Assembly (NCBI GenBank): GCA_003971905.1
Contig: RSEE01000015.1
Location: 806,001 to 870,000, forward strand
Direction: 5' to 3'
Source: Moniliella sp. 'wahieum'
Taxonomy: Eukaryota
Length of the DNA stretch: 64,000 bases
Shown: positions 1 to 12,035 of the stretch, piece by piece
Numbering within the stretch: position 1 is the stretch's first letter
How the letters are laid out: the number at the start of each line of letters is the position of its first letter
Notes under the pieces: generated by a model
What the model saw: only the letters and a program-made list of their open reading frames with translations
Database searches by the model: none
Told to the model about the DNA's origin: nothing
Made by a program: the position numbers and the translations under genes

Positions 1-637
1 TCCAAGAGCGTAATGAACCAGCGCTCGCTGGAACGATCAAGAAGCGCAAAGAGCAAAAGAGAGGGCAGGACGACTTTTCTAACGAAGAGGTCATTATGCG
101 GCTGTTGCGGTACGTCCCTTGCTCACCTTGTTGTTGTTTTTTTCCAAAACTGACACAACATACATAGGATGCGGCCAGGCACAGGAATTCCTTTCGCAGC
201 AGCTTGAGATGAAGCAGCAACTGAGCAAGATGTTTTCTTCAGCGACTCATGCGCCCATGCGCTCCACGATCCGTCGCAAGGGAGGCGCGGTGCGCGCAAC
301 CCTGGTGCCCGTCCGCCAGCAGCTGGCTCTCGTTTCTCACCCCGTTACACTCCTTCACTCGGCCAGCTTCCTCCGCCAGCTCCAGCCCTGGCTCCTTCTT
401 CACCCGCCTCGTATACGCCCTCGCAGCCGCTGGCGTATACGGCCTCCCGGCCGCCAGGATATCCTGCTTCCCGCTCAAACCGTTCAGGGCGGCTCTCTGG
501 TAGTCGGGCTGCTCCTTGATCTGTTTGGATTGAATATGATTGTCTGTGGTGTTGACTGTAGCAGCCGGAGAGCGAAGGGAGGCAGCGGCGGTTTCGGCGT
601 GCTTCAGATTGAAAATGAAAAGGCGGCCAATCTCTGA
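1..637 (+). CDS. 3' part of an unidentified intron-containing gene (starts before window)
   Basis: Open frame 3 (QERNEPALAGTIKKRKEQKRGQDDFSNEEVIMRLLR), GTACGT donor at 110, CTGAC branch and TAG acceptor near 167, continuing as ...QAQEFLSQQLEMKQQLSKM. True stop is uncertain. Confidence 0.35.
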
Positions 638-981
638 AGGGGAGTGGAACATGCTGACATGAATAGAATAAATGGTGTCCGCCACGCCACTCACTTTCGT
701 TCCTCCATCATCAATGAGTCGGTCCCGGCAGACTTGGATGGTGTTGAGGCTCGGCGCGCTCAAACGGAGAGGACAGAGGACTACAACTGTGGAGCTTTTT
801 TGACAATGCCGTCGTCGGAGACGATCCGTGATCGTCGTCCAGTGTGAACAGTTGAAAGAGTGATCGTGTGGCGCGAGCCTGCTCGCCGCGCGCTTTTGCG
901 CCACACAGCTACGATCCCTTCCCCACCCCCATCCCCACCCCCTCCCCCATCCCCACTCCCCCGCTCCCCCTCGGCGGCAAG

Positions 982-2604
982 ATGGGGGATCCAGGCAGTC
1001 GCACGGCATCAGGCCGGCCAACTTTTTTTCCCTCCACCCCTTCCCCCAAATCGCCTCTCCCAACCCTCACTTCTTTGCCTGGCCCCCGCCGCCCCCGCCA
1101 GAGCCTGCTCCTGCTCCTGCTCCGGCTCCGGCTCCTGCTCCGGCTCCTGCTCCGGCTCCTATGTTTGATCCTGTTCCTGTGTTTGATCCTTCTTTTGCAC
1201 CCCAACCAGTTGTGCAGGCTCCTGCTCACGAGGAAAAGGACGAAGTTGAGTCGCCGTTCCAGTTCAACACGTGGGGCTCCTCCCCCTCGTCCACCCGCAG
1301 CTCTATCACTTCTTCTTCTCAGCTCGACGAATTCCCTAGCCTGCGAAGTCTGCCCCGCTTTGATCCTCTCCCTCCCGACCACCCACGCGCTATGCACATT
1401 CCTCCCCCCCACGGCGGAGCGACAGTGACGATATCCCTCTCCCGTCCATACTTCAGGGCCAACAGTCGTGGACCGACCTCTCCCCCAGCTCGTTCCATCA
1501 CTCCCCACATCAGCGTGTCCCCCATCATTCGCGCTCCTTCTCTACTCCTTTTGTGCGCGTGCAGAAGGACACCGCCAACGGTGAGCGCCCGCCAACTCGC
1601 ATTAGGCGTCTATCCTCCCCACCCCTCCGTCTCCGGTCACACTCCTACCACCTGGTCCGGGAGTGCAGAGGGACCTGACCAGCACTTTTGTCGCTGCGCG
1701 CAATGTTGTCCTCGCATGCCCGGAACGACGTATGGAGCTACTGCAGACCCAACGCATCTTGCGGAGGGGGACAAGCTGCGCGCCCTCCACGCTGATGGCG
1801 CATCTCTTCGTCAAGGGGAGATGAGCCTTGTACGTTGGGTGCCCGATGCCTCGGTCGAGGCCCAACGGTGTGCACTCTGTTCCACCGCGTTCACGTTCCT
1901 TTGGAGACGACACCACTGCCGCCTGTGTGGAAAGTGCGTGTGTGGTGGGCAGGAGTGCTCCCGGGTGGTTAGTCTTGACTCACTATCTCCCACATTAGAG
2001 GGAGTGCGTCTTTGTACCACGTGTCGGGACGAAGTGTACACCCATTCTTCACCCCCTACACCAGTGGGTGGGCACCCATGCTTCCCTTCTCCGTCTCGAG
2101 GCAGAAATACTCCTTCTCATTCAAGACTGCCCATTGACTCCCTCGCCCATTGATGCGACTTCGGGACCTGGGGAACAAGACACAGACCCGGCGTATTTCA
2201 TCACCCAGCTCCGACTCTACCGGAATCAGTACCAACAACTCCTCCCGCACCTCTGTCCTACCTCTCCAGACAGCCAACGGATCTGCAGAGCGATTTCCCG
2301 CCGCGCAGAGCTTTTCATCGAAAAACATATGTCCCTCTTGGGCCGTACAGTCCCGCCCCCCCCATCTTCACTACAACGCATTGGTCCAGCGGACGCAGCA
2401 GAGTCCCTGCCCGACGAGGAAAATCAACTGCTGCTCGCTACGTTGTCAGAGCAGGCGGTTCAGCTGTTTACATTCTTACGTCAGGCTAAGGAAGAGCACC
2501 GCAAAGACGACGAAGCGACGTTACAAGGGAGCTTGGATGAGCTTTTGGTGGAACTACAACGAGTCCAACAAACGCTCGTTCATCGCCCTGGTACAGCAAA
2601 TTGA
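982..2604 (+). CDS. PEP7: FYVE-domain vacuolar sorting protein, Pep7/Vac1/Rabenosyn-5-like (frameshifted in assembly)
   Basis: FYVE motif WVPD...CALC...RRHHCRLCGKCVC...VRLCTTC; upstream RDLTSTFVAARN motif; C-terminal Rabenosyn Rab-binding-like helix pair LSEQAVQLFTFLRQAKEEHRKDDEATLQGSLDEL; Pro/Ala-rich N-terminus. Start codon is a guess. Confidence 0.65.
1104..1160. repeat. 6/12-bp coding repeat (CCTGCT/CCGGCT) encoding poly-Pro-Ala
   Basis: cctgctcctgctcctgctccggctccggctcctgctccggctcctgctccggctcct visible directly. Confidence 0.85.
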
Positions 2605-3309
2605 TGTTTGGGGCGGATACTGTATATATGGAGCTACTGGAGGATGGCATGAACGTGGTTGTGCAGACGGGGTATCGATTAGATCACAGGACAGCTCTCA
2701 ACTCAAACCACTCTGTTTGTTGCGAGCCGGGGTGATCCCACGCACTCCCCATGTCTCCTAGCGTCGGTTCTGTCTACATCATCATGACCGGATTGGCTCT
2801 CTCCGAGCAACCCATGTGTTGTGTCTAAACGGGGCATGTTCCCGTTTAAGTAGGACATGGATCAAGTTCCAGTTGTATGCCCGAGTAAATTGTGGCCGGT
2901 GAGTCGCTTTGTTGGTGCCCATGCTTCTATCTTGCTTCGACTTATGTCTACTTGAACCTTTTACACACCAATAAAGGGATCGAAGCTCTAGTGTGTCCCT
3001 TCAATCTGCGCGTCCTGTTCTCGCTCCAATAAGTCGATCTCTTTTCTCTTCATCGTTCCCTTTGTTCCTGGCTGACGGCAGAGAGCTCACCGCTCACCTT
3101 TCATATGGTTTTTCCTGCTCCAAGACTCTTATCTCCTGCCTGCTAAGTGGGAGAGGTTCCCCCCCCTAGTCTTTCTCTCTTGCAACAGTAAATAATGTTT
3201 TGGGCATGGTTGTTGGTGTTTAGTACGTTTAGTAGACCTAACCTCAAATTGTAGCCCGCACAGAACGAAAGCAAAAGTAAAATATCAAGCCGAGGAGCAG
3301 AAAAGAATT

Positions 3310-3416
3310 CGACACCTGTGAGATTCGAACTCACGCCCTCAGAGAGGATTCGCTGGCCCTTGTAGCAAGGTGCTTCATATAGCAGGCGAACGGGGTAACC
3401 ACTGCCCTAAAGTGTC
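3310..3416 (-). tRNA. tRNA-Ser(GCT) with 25-nt intron
   Basis: Minus strand: acceptor GACACTT/AGGTGTC+G, D-loop AGTGGTTA, anticodon arm TTCGC-CTGCTA[intron]A-GCGAA, variable arm CCTC-TCT-GAGG, T arm GTGAG-TTCGAAT-CTCAC, TTTT downstream. Confidence 0.92.
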
Positions 3417-3841
3417 GCTTTCGGACCGACATGTCTTTTCTAGGAATGGCTTGCTGATTGATCATCGATCAACCAACTCGAACAATTCACCCATCCATCA
3501 ATCATCTTTGAGTGCAGCAGAGAGGCAAAGAAGAAGGGGGACAAGACGCGACGCTGTCTGGATTCAATATTGAGGCCTGAGGGCACGCTGGTTGAGAAAC
3601 ACTGCACGGCTGCGGGGTGCGTCTGGGATTATCGATCTTATCAACCCTAACCCCCTCGATTATCCCAGATTCCCGGCACTCTTAGCTTGAGAGCCACAGA
3701 TGAGGGCTGAATTTTTGGGAGCATTTTCCCATTCACTCTCTATAATAGATCTATAATGATCGTTTGCCTTACCCTTATGCATTTGCCCTAGGGGTATATC
3801 TGGTTGAATCCGAGTCTACATCACTCTCTATTCCCACGTTA

Positions 3842-3912
3842 TAGGGGCGGCGACAAGTGGTTCCTATTCCAAGTGTTAGGGGCGGCGACAAGTGGTTCCT
3901 ATTCCAAGTGTT
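3842..3912. repeat. Perfect 35-bp tandem duplication
   Basis: taggggcggcgacaagtggttcctattccaagtgt x2. Confidence 0.9.
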
Positions 3913-3994
3913 CCAAATGGGATTCTTTCCAGTTCGATCAAATGCATTTTTAGGTATATTTTGGGTCAGTTAGGCTGTCCATTCCGCCATCCTC

Positions 3995-5826
3995 CTACAG
4001 TGAGGTTTCGTGGGCAGAGGGAGTTGCTGAGCCCTTGACATGGCCGCTGAAGGAGGAGGAAAGGGGAGGAGAGCAGAAATGCCGTCGACCATTCCAGCGT
4101 TTTGGTAATACCACGTTTTGCACGGCACATCTCGATGACACGGGGTTCTGCTCAATCATCTGTTGGATCTCCGCCCACGCGTCCAGTGTCTTCGCCCTCT
4201 TGGTGCCCTTTCGGGATGCGGGAACAGTTGTGCCAGCGAGGTCTTCCTCCGGCAAGTCATCAGCATCCTCGCCGACCTCGACCTGGTTGCCCCCGGATGC
4301 TGATTCCCTGCCCCTGGTGGGGGTCGAATCTGCCTGCGCGCCCCCATAAATTTCCTTCTGCATCGCTGTAGCGAGAAGGAGGGTCACGACTTTGCGACGA
4401 GACGCCATGGGAACGAGAGCTTGCGTGTTGGTCCCTATACTCCCCCAAACCCTTCCTGCCCATGACGCAGTCTGGTTCATCCAGTCCTCCTGGTTCGATG
4501 CATCCACAGTCATGGGCTGAAATCACCGAAAGTCAATATCTCCGACTGCAAGCAACAGACGTCATGGCGTCATGGTCATATCGGGTATGTGCACACAACG
4601 TACCGCCAAATCGTAAATGCAGCGACGCATGGTGGACCAGACCGGGTCCAGGAAACTGTCAACAGGGTTTGGACAAACTGTCTTTCTCAACCGATGTGAG
4701 CCAGGAAGTGGCCCGGGTCAAAGTTAAACTCTTCGAGACCTCGGGACGAACATGCCAGTTGCCGGCGGAAAAACAAGCCTAAGTCTTTGTTGTTGCAGGC
4801 CCGCTCTCGGGATGCAGAAAAACCCATACCGCGAGCTCTCTGCACAGGGCTGTGAGTAGTGATCCGTTCGTGTAAAGAGGGAGAAAAGTCAGTACTTTGC
4901 AAGTAATCGTTCGGTTAGCGGCAAGAGCTGATGGTCCCGACCTTGTTGTGCTCCAGCAAGCGTTCGAAGTACTGGCGTGGTTGGCCATGGTAAAGCCCCT
5001 GGCGAATGATTCTTGCTTCGCACTGTTTGACATAAAGAGCTCCCGAAATTTCTTGATTTCCTCATGGAGTGATACAACTTTCCGGTGTAGCGAGCGGTTC
5101 GAAGAAATAATGGCCTGCTCCGCCGTGAAAGGGACAGATCAGGCGGGATACAAGGAATTCCTCTGGATTGACGAGACCCTCTTCTTCTTCGGCGTCTGCT
5201 GGGCGCGGAAACAAGTTGTCAACGTCAACATCCCCTCGTCTGAATCGTTGTTCATCACCGTCGTGTTCGGCTTGTTGCTGAAAAGACGCAGAACCGCTGA
5301 ACCATCTGGGCCGGGAGCCGGAGAGGGAGAAGCCGCCACACCTCTCGTTGGTTCTCAGCTGCTCCCTCTCCCCCCTCAGGCCCGCTGGTGGTCCCACTGG
5401 CGTCACCACGATCGTCCTGGATCAGTTCGTCACCTTCGAATCAGTCTCCATCATGGGCTCTGGCTCGGGGTTGATACGTCGGGTGTCCCTCGGGCGCCTG
5501 CGAGCGGCGTTGTTGGTCCGAGATGCCTGGGACCTCTTGGTGGTGCGGGAGGGAGGCATTGTAGAGTGGCGGGACTGCCTCAACAGAAAGGTCGTGAGGG
5601 GAAAGGTCGTGGGGGGAAAGGTCGTGGGGGGAAAGGTCGTGGGGGAAAGGTCGTGGGGGGAAAGGTCGTGGGGGAGGGCATGCAGTTCGCGTAAAAGGAT
5701 GCGTCTGTGTCGTCGCGTCATCCCTAGAGGCCGTACAGGGATCGAGATCTGAGATGCGCAGAGCGAGATGTGACCGTACCACCTCTTCAAATTGAGGCCC
5801 GGGGCCGCTGTCTCATCGATCATCAA
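3995..5826 (-). CDS. Fragmented hypothetical ORF, probable accessory gene of the adjacent CMC-like transposon
   Basis: Chain of overlapping minus-strand ORFs (5422-5826, 5062-5409, 4779-5033, 3995-4513), low-complexity N-terminus, charged C-terminus (KRAKTLDAWAEIQQMIEQ); divergent from the transposase. Confidence 0.35.
5587..5675. repeat. ~15-bp minisatellite (AAAGGTCGTGGGGGG), about 6 copies
   Basis: Directly visible; encodes PHDLS/PTTFP repeats on the minus strand. Confidence 0.9.
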
Positions 5827-6614
5827 CCTAAAAAAAGAAGCATGGTGGTGGAGGTGGAATGAGTGATCAAAACACCGAGCGAGTCCGGTGCGCGCTCAGT
5901 TGCCCGGGGCGCAATACTCAATGTCAGGTTCAAGATCGACCCGGGGAGCCCAGCTGCTCGGGTGCCACAGCATGATGCATGATGTGGCACCCCGGAAACA
6001 CACAAAGGACGAGTAAATTTTAAATAGCATACTGTGCCCCCTGCGGCCTGAGCGCACACAGAGGCCCCCGAGAGGGGCAGGGGCCGCTCGCGGGAAGAAA
6101 TTCTCGTCGCTCTTCGCTCATCCCACTTGTCGATGACTACGCAACAAGTAACCCTAACCGGTAACCGGTCCCCGCGGCAACGGGCACCGGGCAACAGTAA
6201 CGTACGGTGTAACCTCAGCGTTAGGGCCCTGACTAAGCGCTCACCCGTGCTGCCTGCAGAATAAGACCCACACTATTACGGCCTGCGGCCTCACCCTCCT
6301 GAGGGGCCCGAGGCTTCTGGTGACTCATGAGGTGCGTGAGCCTGCGTCGATTTGATTGTGCAGCAGCCTCCACAGGCATAGGGGGGCACTATTATCCTAC
6401 CCAGACTCTTCCGTAGCCACAGCCTCCCTCTAACGAACAAGTTGAATACGCGCTGAGAATGTCATAGCGTGCCAGCAGCGGAAAAATAGGACAGACAGTT
6501 CAAGCCCATTTCCATCGGAAAGACACCTGCTCGGGGCTCACCAACCTGAAGAACTCTCCTACAGGCACACCATCACCATCCCCCCAAAACCACTCACCAT
6601 CTGCCAACAACAGC

Positions 6615-9600
6615 ATGCCCGTTCGCCCGAAACCGGAACTTGATCCCGAAAACAGAAACTATTGGTATCCGGCTGTCACCACCGAAGGGAGTGGTGGCAC
6701 CGTACTGTATCGATGTTTGGTGTGCAATAAGTCCACCCTGATACGCCGGGGTTCTTTCCACACCTTCACGAGGTCCGCCGGGCACGCAAGGGCCAAGAGG
6801 CTACTCGCACATCGGATGAGGGAACAGCTTGAAAAGCAAGGGAATTATCAGAATTGATCTCTGGCAGAGATTCCCCCCTACCAAAGAACGGCTCAACAGG
6901 CACATCACCTAACGAGTATCAGGACAATCCTGACGACGACGACGCTCCTGATCGAGACTACGAAGACGGTATCGTGGTCGATGAGGAGGAGGGGGGATTA
7001 TCGCAACTTCATCGAGGTTGCTCTCCTTCGGAGTTCTTCCTTGAGGTCCTTTCAGACGACGAAGCGGAGAGACGCCAGGCGATGAAAGACGTGTGCCAAG
7101 AGAGAGAGCGCAAACGCAGACGTGTCGCCGACTCCTTGTCCAACCAGCAGGATGCTCCCAACCTGGAGGAGATGCCTGCTTTGGAGGACATGCCTCCCCT
7201 TCCGGAAGAGCTGGTTGCTGAACGTGGCATGCCCCCCCTTGTGGAGGGGGACATGATATCTACTACCGTTGACACGCTCAATCAGAACACTGAATCAGAA
7301 GAGGAAGAGACAAGCGAAGACGACGAGATGAGTGTGGATGTGCCCGCCCCCCTTCCTGACTCTGTGGAAAGAGAAGCATTTGCTCTCTGGATGGCGAATA
7401 TGCTGTTTACCCCAGGACACTGCGGCCCCACCAGAGTGACACACTTCCCGAACCTTCGGCTCAGGATGCTGGGAAGGCGCTGGGCCTTAGCCCTGCGCCT
7501 TCACACGACTTTGGTATCTTCGAATCTTTGATGGTGAGTATACTAGCCTTGATTGGTGATGTGGTAAGGGTGCTAACACAGCTGTGAACAAAAAAGGGCT
7601 GGATGCTTACCTTTGCCTGCGTCATGCCCAAGGTACCCCTCCCGAGGGGAATCCGCCATATGATTCATGGCTTGGTGGACATGGCATTTTCGCGTTCCAA
7701 TGGCCCACCCGTGATGTCGTTCAACAAGTTCGAGAGTCTCTTTTCCAAGATCTGCTGGCGCCCCAGCGATATCACCGCCCAACGTGACTCAAGCTCCCAA
7801 TTGCAGTACACCCTTAAGCTTCCTGAGATTGTGACTCTATGGTTTGGAAGCAAAGACCTTCGTGCCCATATGACGGATTACCCCACCGTTGGATCCACGA
7901 TTCAGCACTTGTCCGATGGGTATCGTTTCTATGAAGCCGTTCGGCAGCCATGCGCGCGGCTCCCTAGAGGAGGAATTGCCTGGGAAGGAGAGCCATTGTT
8001 GATATTGGTTCCTCGGGATCCTAGCGAGGCAGGGCCGCATCCCCCCGCTGGTTCATTCCCCGCCGCTTTTTGGGGGGGGAGGAAAAGAAAAGTAATGGGG
8101 GGAAGCCAAGACTCCGAGCTTTTGGAACACCAATCAGTTCAAGCACCCGCCGTGAGCATGAGACCAAGGATATTTACGTCGACCTCGATGTCTGTTCAAA
8201 ACCCAACTATGGAACAGATTGGTTTACGACGCCTGGCAATACCTTTTACGATCGTAACGGTGGACTCATTCAGCCCAATCCTTGGCGCCGGTTGAGCAAA
8301 TACCCCGATTATGATCCTGTCCTATTTTGTCCAATGGTGGCCTGGGTGGATGACGCTCGCATCCATGCGGCCAATAGGCAAAGCGCCGGCATCACCATGC
8401 TCCTTCTTCAAGCAGCTGGTCTAACTCAAGAAATGCTGAATGCACCAAATACGATCACCACCTATTCGGCTCAACAACATTCCGACGAGCCTCGTGCCTT
8501 GGAACCGCTGATTAAAGATTTTGTATGTTCCTGACCCCATGTATGCCATCACAATGGGTGTATGGAATTGTGGACACCAATGTTGTTGAAAACAGAGAAT
8601 TGCGAGAAACAGGGTTGCACATTGTAGACGCAAAGACGGATTCTCTCGTGGTTGTGGTGCCCCAACTGCTATGCATCAACGCTGATAACCCCGCTCATAA
8701 CAAGATGGCAGCAAGAGGCCCTCCTGGCACAAGCACGCACCCTTGCCGCTTCTGTTGCATGAATGTCAGCGAAGTTGGAAGCGTGAGCCACTTCCAACAG
8801 ATCTTTAGCAGGAGTCCATCGCGTTCTGCTTCGGTACTGCGTTCGAATCTCCACCAGGCGGCAATATTCGCACGAGAAGGAGACAATGCCGCCTACGATC
8901 GCTTGACTTGGGAAACGGGTGACCGATGCCCCAATAACCTCACGCGATTTGCTAATGAGTGCATTGCTGATGTTGACGTGGTTGCAGGCACCCGGGAGGG
9001 GTATCCAGCCCACACGATCCGGCGCCCTAACGACAATCAACTGCACGCAACGCGGGAACAGAGGTTATAAGAGAAAACCGACGACTCTGGTTCACCCATT
9101 TGGATTCAGAGAATTTTTTGTATTGCCCACTCTTGCGTCTTGAGGAGTTCGAGTTGAAGTCGTTTTTCCCCTTTGACTATCTCCATGGATTCTTGCTTGG
9201 TCCAGGCAAGGAGTTACTCCGCATGCTTTCGCAACAGTTGCAGCCAAAGGCTAAAGATCAATTGACCTTGTTTCTTTACGCTCTGGACACTTCCGGGCTA
9301 CCCAATGTGGACGGCAAGACACTCCAAGCCAAGCTGTTGATGAAGAACCTGGTAACTTGCCAGGGCAAAGATGTTTCCAAGATGCTCGTTGCAGCACTTA
9401 TGCGGCGATCCCGATGCTGGAACCTCTTGAAGATGTCGGTAAGAGTAAGCAGGATCCTACCTGGAAGGTCGCGTACGAGTTCGTTTTCCCCCGACCCCTT
9501 CACGCCGCCTTTGTATCCGCCGCGAAGGCACAGCAGTTGCTCCGACAAAGGTGGTTCGACCGCGCAGAAATGCCGCACTACCTTGTGAGTCCCCCGCAAC

Positions 9601-11056
9601 TCCTCTTTATCCTTGAAAGAACAAACTAGTTAATTTTTCTCTCCATGCAGGATTCTGTTCAACAAGCTCTCTTTGACCTCGCGGACAAGTTATCGCTGAT
9701 CCCCGGGGAAGAGACACTGTTGGAACGGAAGCACAAGTTCCACATTCTCTTTGCTCATGTGCGGGCCTGCATTCGGTACTATGGCCCAGTTTTTCAATGC
9801 TGATACTGCCCGGTTCGAGTCGCAAATAGGGCCTGCACGTGCGGCTGCAACACGGACAAATGGACATAACCCCAGCCGCGACATTATCCACGTGCTTTGG
9901 CGCAAAGAGGTAATCAAGCACTACTCGGCTCCTGGTTTCACCTTACCTCAATGGCAAGGAAGGTGGAAGGTGCAGTTGCCTTGCCCCCCCGGTGCGGCGA
10001 ATCTGATCGCTCAATGCTTGGCTGATATCAGGGCCAAAAGAACGCCCGGTACGCCCCCCCCTCCGCCAACACACTTTTTGTGATGCAATTGTTGCTAGAG
10101 GCTAACACCCGCATGCATTGCCTGAAAGGATATGTTACCTTCAAAGGCTATCGACCTCAACCAAATCTTGCTTTGAATCGGTACTTTCTCTTCCCTCGCC
10201 TGACCCAACACGAAGTGGGCCCGTTTCCCGCAGGTGATCAGAAAAAGGTCGCTCACTTGCCCCATTTCACCCAAGCCAAGAATGTGGCCGCCCAAACCGG
10301 GAAGTGGTAAGTGAAGGTCACCGGGTAACCATTCGCATGGAAGGTCCCGACCAGCCATCCGGGAATCAAGCTCCGTTTACGATTGGTGAGGTTCAATCCA
10401 TTGGCGTTGTAACTGACAAGGTGCGCGTTACCCTGGATTCGGTCTGGATTGTCTATAAGCCAATGCTTGTAACTGGGCGTGTTCAGCCTGAATCCGATTG
10501 CCGCATCGTGGAAGAGTTGCCCCGTCATGCTGAACGATTCGCCTTGGCCAGTGTACGTTTACCATCCCTATATCCACGTGCTTATTGTATTGTGTTGCAA
10601 CACTCATGGCTGATCATTTTGGACCCGGATAAAGCGGATTGGCAACCTTGTAGGGCTACAGCACTGCTGCTCGAGCAAGTGCAAGATTGATCCAAACGGC
10701 CATTCCGAGGCGATTCATGATATTGGCGCAGGGGGACGCAGGAGGCGATCACAATCACCACGCCTTCTATTCGGCACGTTGCGCATCTGAAGCATGTCCT
10801 GGTGGAGTACGCATTGAAAACCCCTCCAAAGGGCCACAGCAACCTCAATTTGCGCCTGGGACAACCGAGCACAGAGCAGCGCGATGCCGAAACATTGGCG
10901 CAAGTGATTGCTCAACGCCGCCGGGCTGCTGTAGGTGATGCCCCCTCAGCATACCGCCGGAGGGCGCGAAGCGGCGTAGGCCCATTGCGCGGACCAGTCG
11001 CCCGTCCCACGCATCTGGTTTGGACCCTACCTACTGTTGAGGACGAACGGAAGTGA
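6615..11056 (+). mobile_element. CMC/EnSpm (CACTA)-like fungal DDE transposase, multi-exon/frameshifted
   Basis: Ordered motifs: N-terminal CxxC...H (YRCLVCNK...SAGH), PMVAWVDD, LLCINADNPAHNKM..HPCRFC, PFDYLHGFLLGPGK, FGTMAQFFNADTARFES..RTNGHNPSRDI, IVLQH. These match the basidiomycete DD..ADNP..CxxC..LH.LLG..FES..SRDI transposase pattern. TIRs were not found. Confidence 0.75.
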
Positions 11057-11441
11057 GGGAGGGATGGTTGTTCTATTCCAAGAAGAAGCTTCTCAACACA
11101 GGAAGGATACAGAGGGGAGAGTCGGACAGGAAGGAATGATTACGACATGCTGGCATGCTGGCGTATTATTTGTAATCACGCCAACACCTACGAACAAGAT
11201 GAAGAGTTTGAATAGAATGATGCGCATCAACGGCGAAGCAAGCATATGAACCACACCAGCGACGAAGACAAAATGTATAGAAGGTATATAGTTGAGCACT
11301 AATGTCAGTGGCGTTTTTGATATACTATAGTAGCTCGCATGCAACCTATAATAATATAGTGTTGGAGGAGATGTCTGCCTTGTTCGCCTTCTGCCTTGTT
11401 GGTATGTGCTTTCGCAGCTTGTCGGGATATTTGCAAACGGA

Positions 11442-12035
11442 GAACCAATGGTGAAGGACGAGGATGGCGGGAGACAGAGGAGACAGCGTACCGACTACCA
11501 CGTGATGGGGCCCGGAGCACTGGGAGGATCAGGAATGGAAGTCGACCACACGCTGCGCGACACGGGATCGCTGGAGGCGCAGAGCGCGTTCCGGAGGGTG
11601 GTGCATGCGAGCACCGCTACCCCCTTGGAACGCCGGGAGAAGGAACTGCTTCGGATGCTTGAACAAGCAGAATGCGACAAGAACGCCAAGTACCAGGGAC
11701 GCACTCAAGAGACGTTTTTCCCCCTGGTTTTGACGACGCGAGGATACTACGGCACCAAGACGGCGGGCAAGTTGTTTGCGCATTGGAAGGAGTTGGCTAC
11801 TAAGTCTCAGTGGACATGGTTCCTCGCTCGGATGTCAACCACATTCATCCGTGTCCACACGCGCTACCTAGGGTACGGGACCGGATGGCGCGAGCCGGAG
11901 GGTCCTGATATCCTGGGCGATCCCCCTGGTTCCTTGACCCTGGTGGTGCCCCCAAGTAACCCCCGCAAGATGAACGGTTAGGATTAGACGTAGCGTTCCC
12001 CCTGTCCCAGCCTTAAGCTCTGCCAATGACATGGA
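11442..12035 (+). mobile_element. 5'-truncated CRE/Cnl1-like non-LTR retrotransposon (RLE endonuclease end + 3' UTR)
   Basis: EPMV...RTDYHV...MEVDHT...KNAKY...FFPLVLTTRG RLE motifs; near-identical to the 3' part of the copy at 34422-35995. Confidence 0.8.

Noticed and set aside
3641..3655. AACCCTAACC motifs (also ~6150) as telomere remnants
   Set aside because: Fewer than two full units; compatible with chance or a single telobox.
3735..11360. CACT.../...TAGTG as TIRs of the CMC-like element
   Set aside because: Candidate ends match over only 4-6 bp and no TSD could be established.
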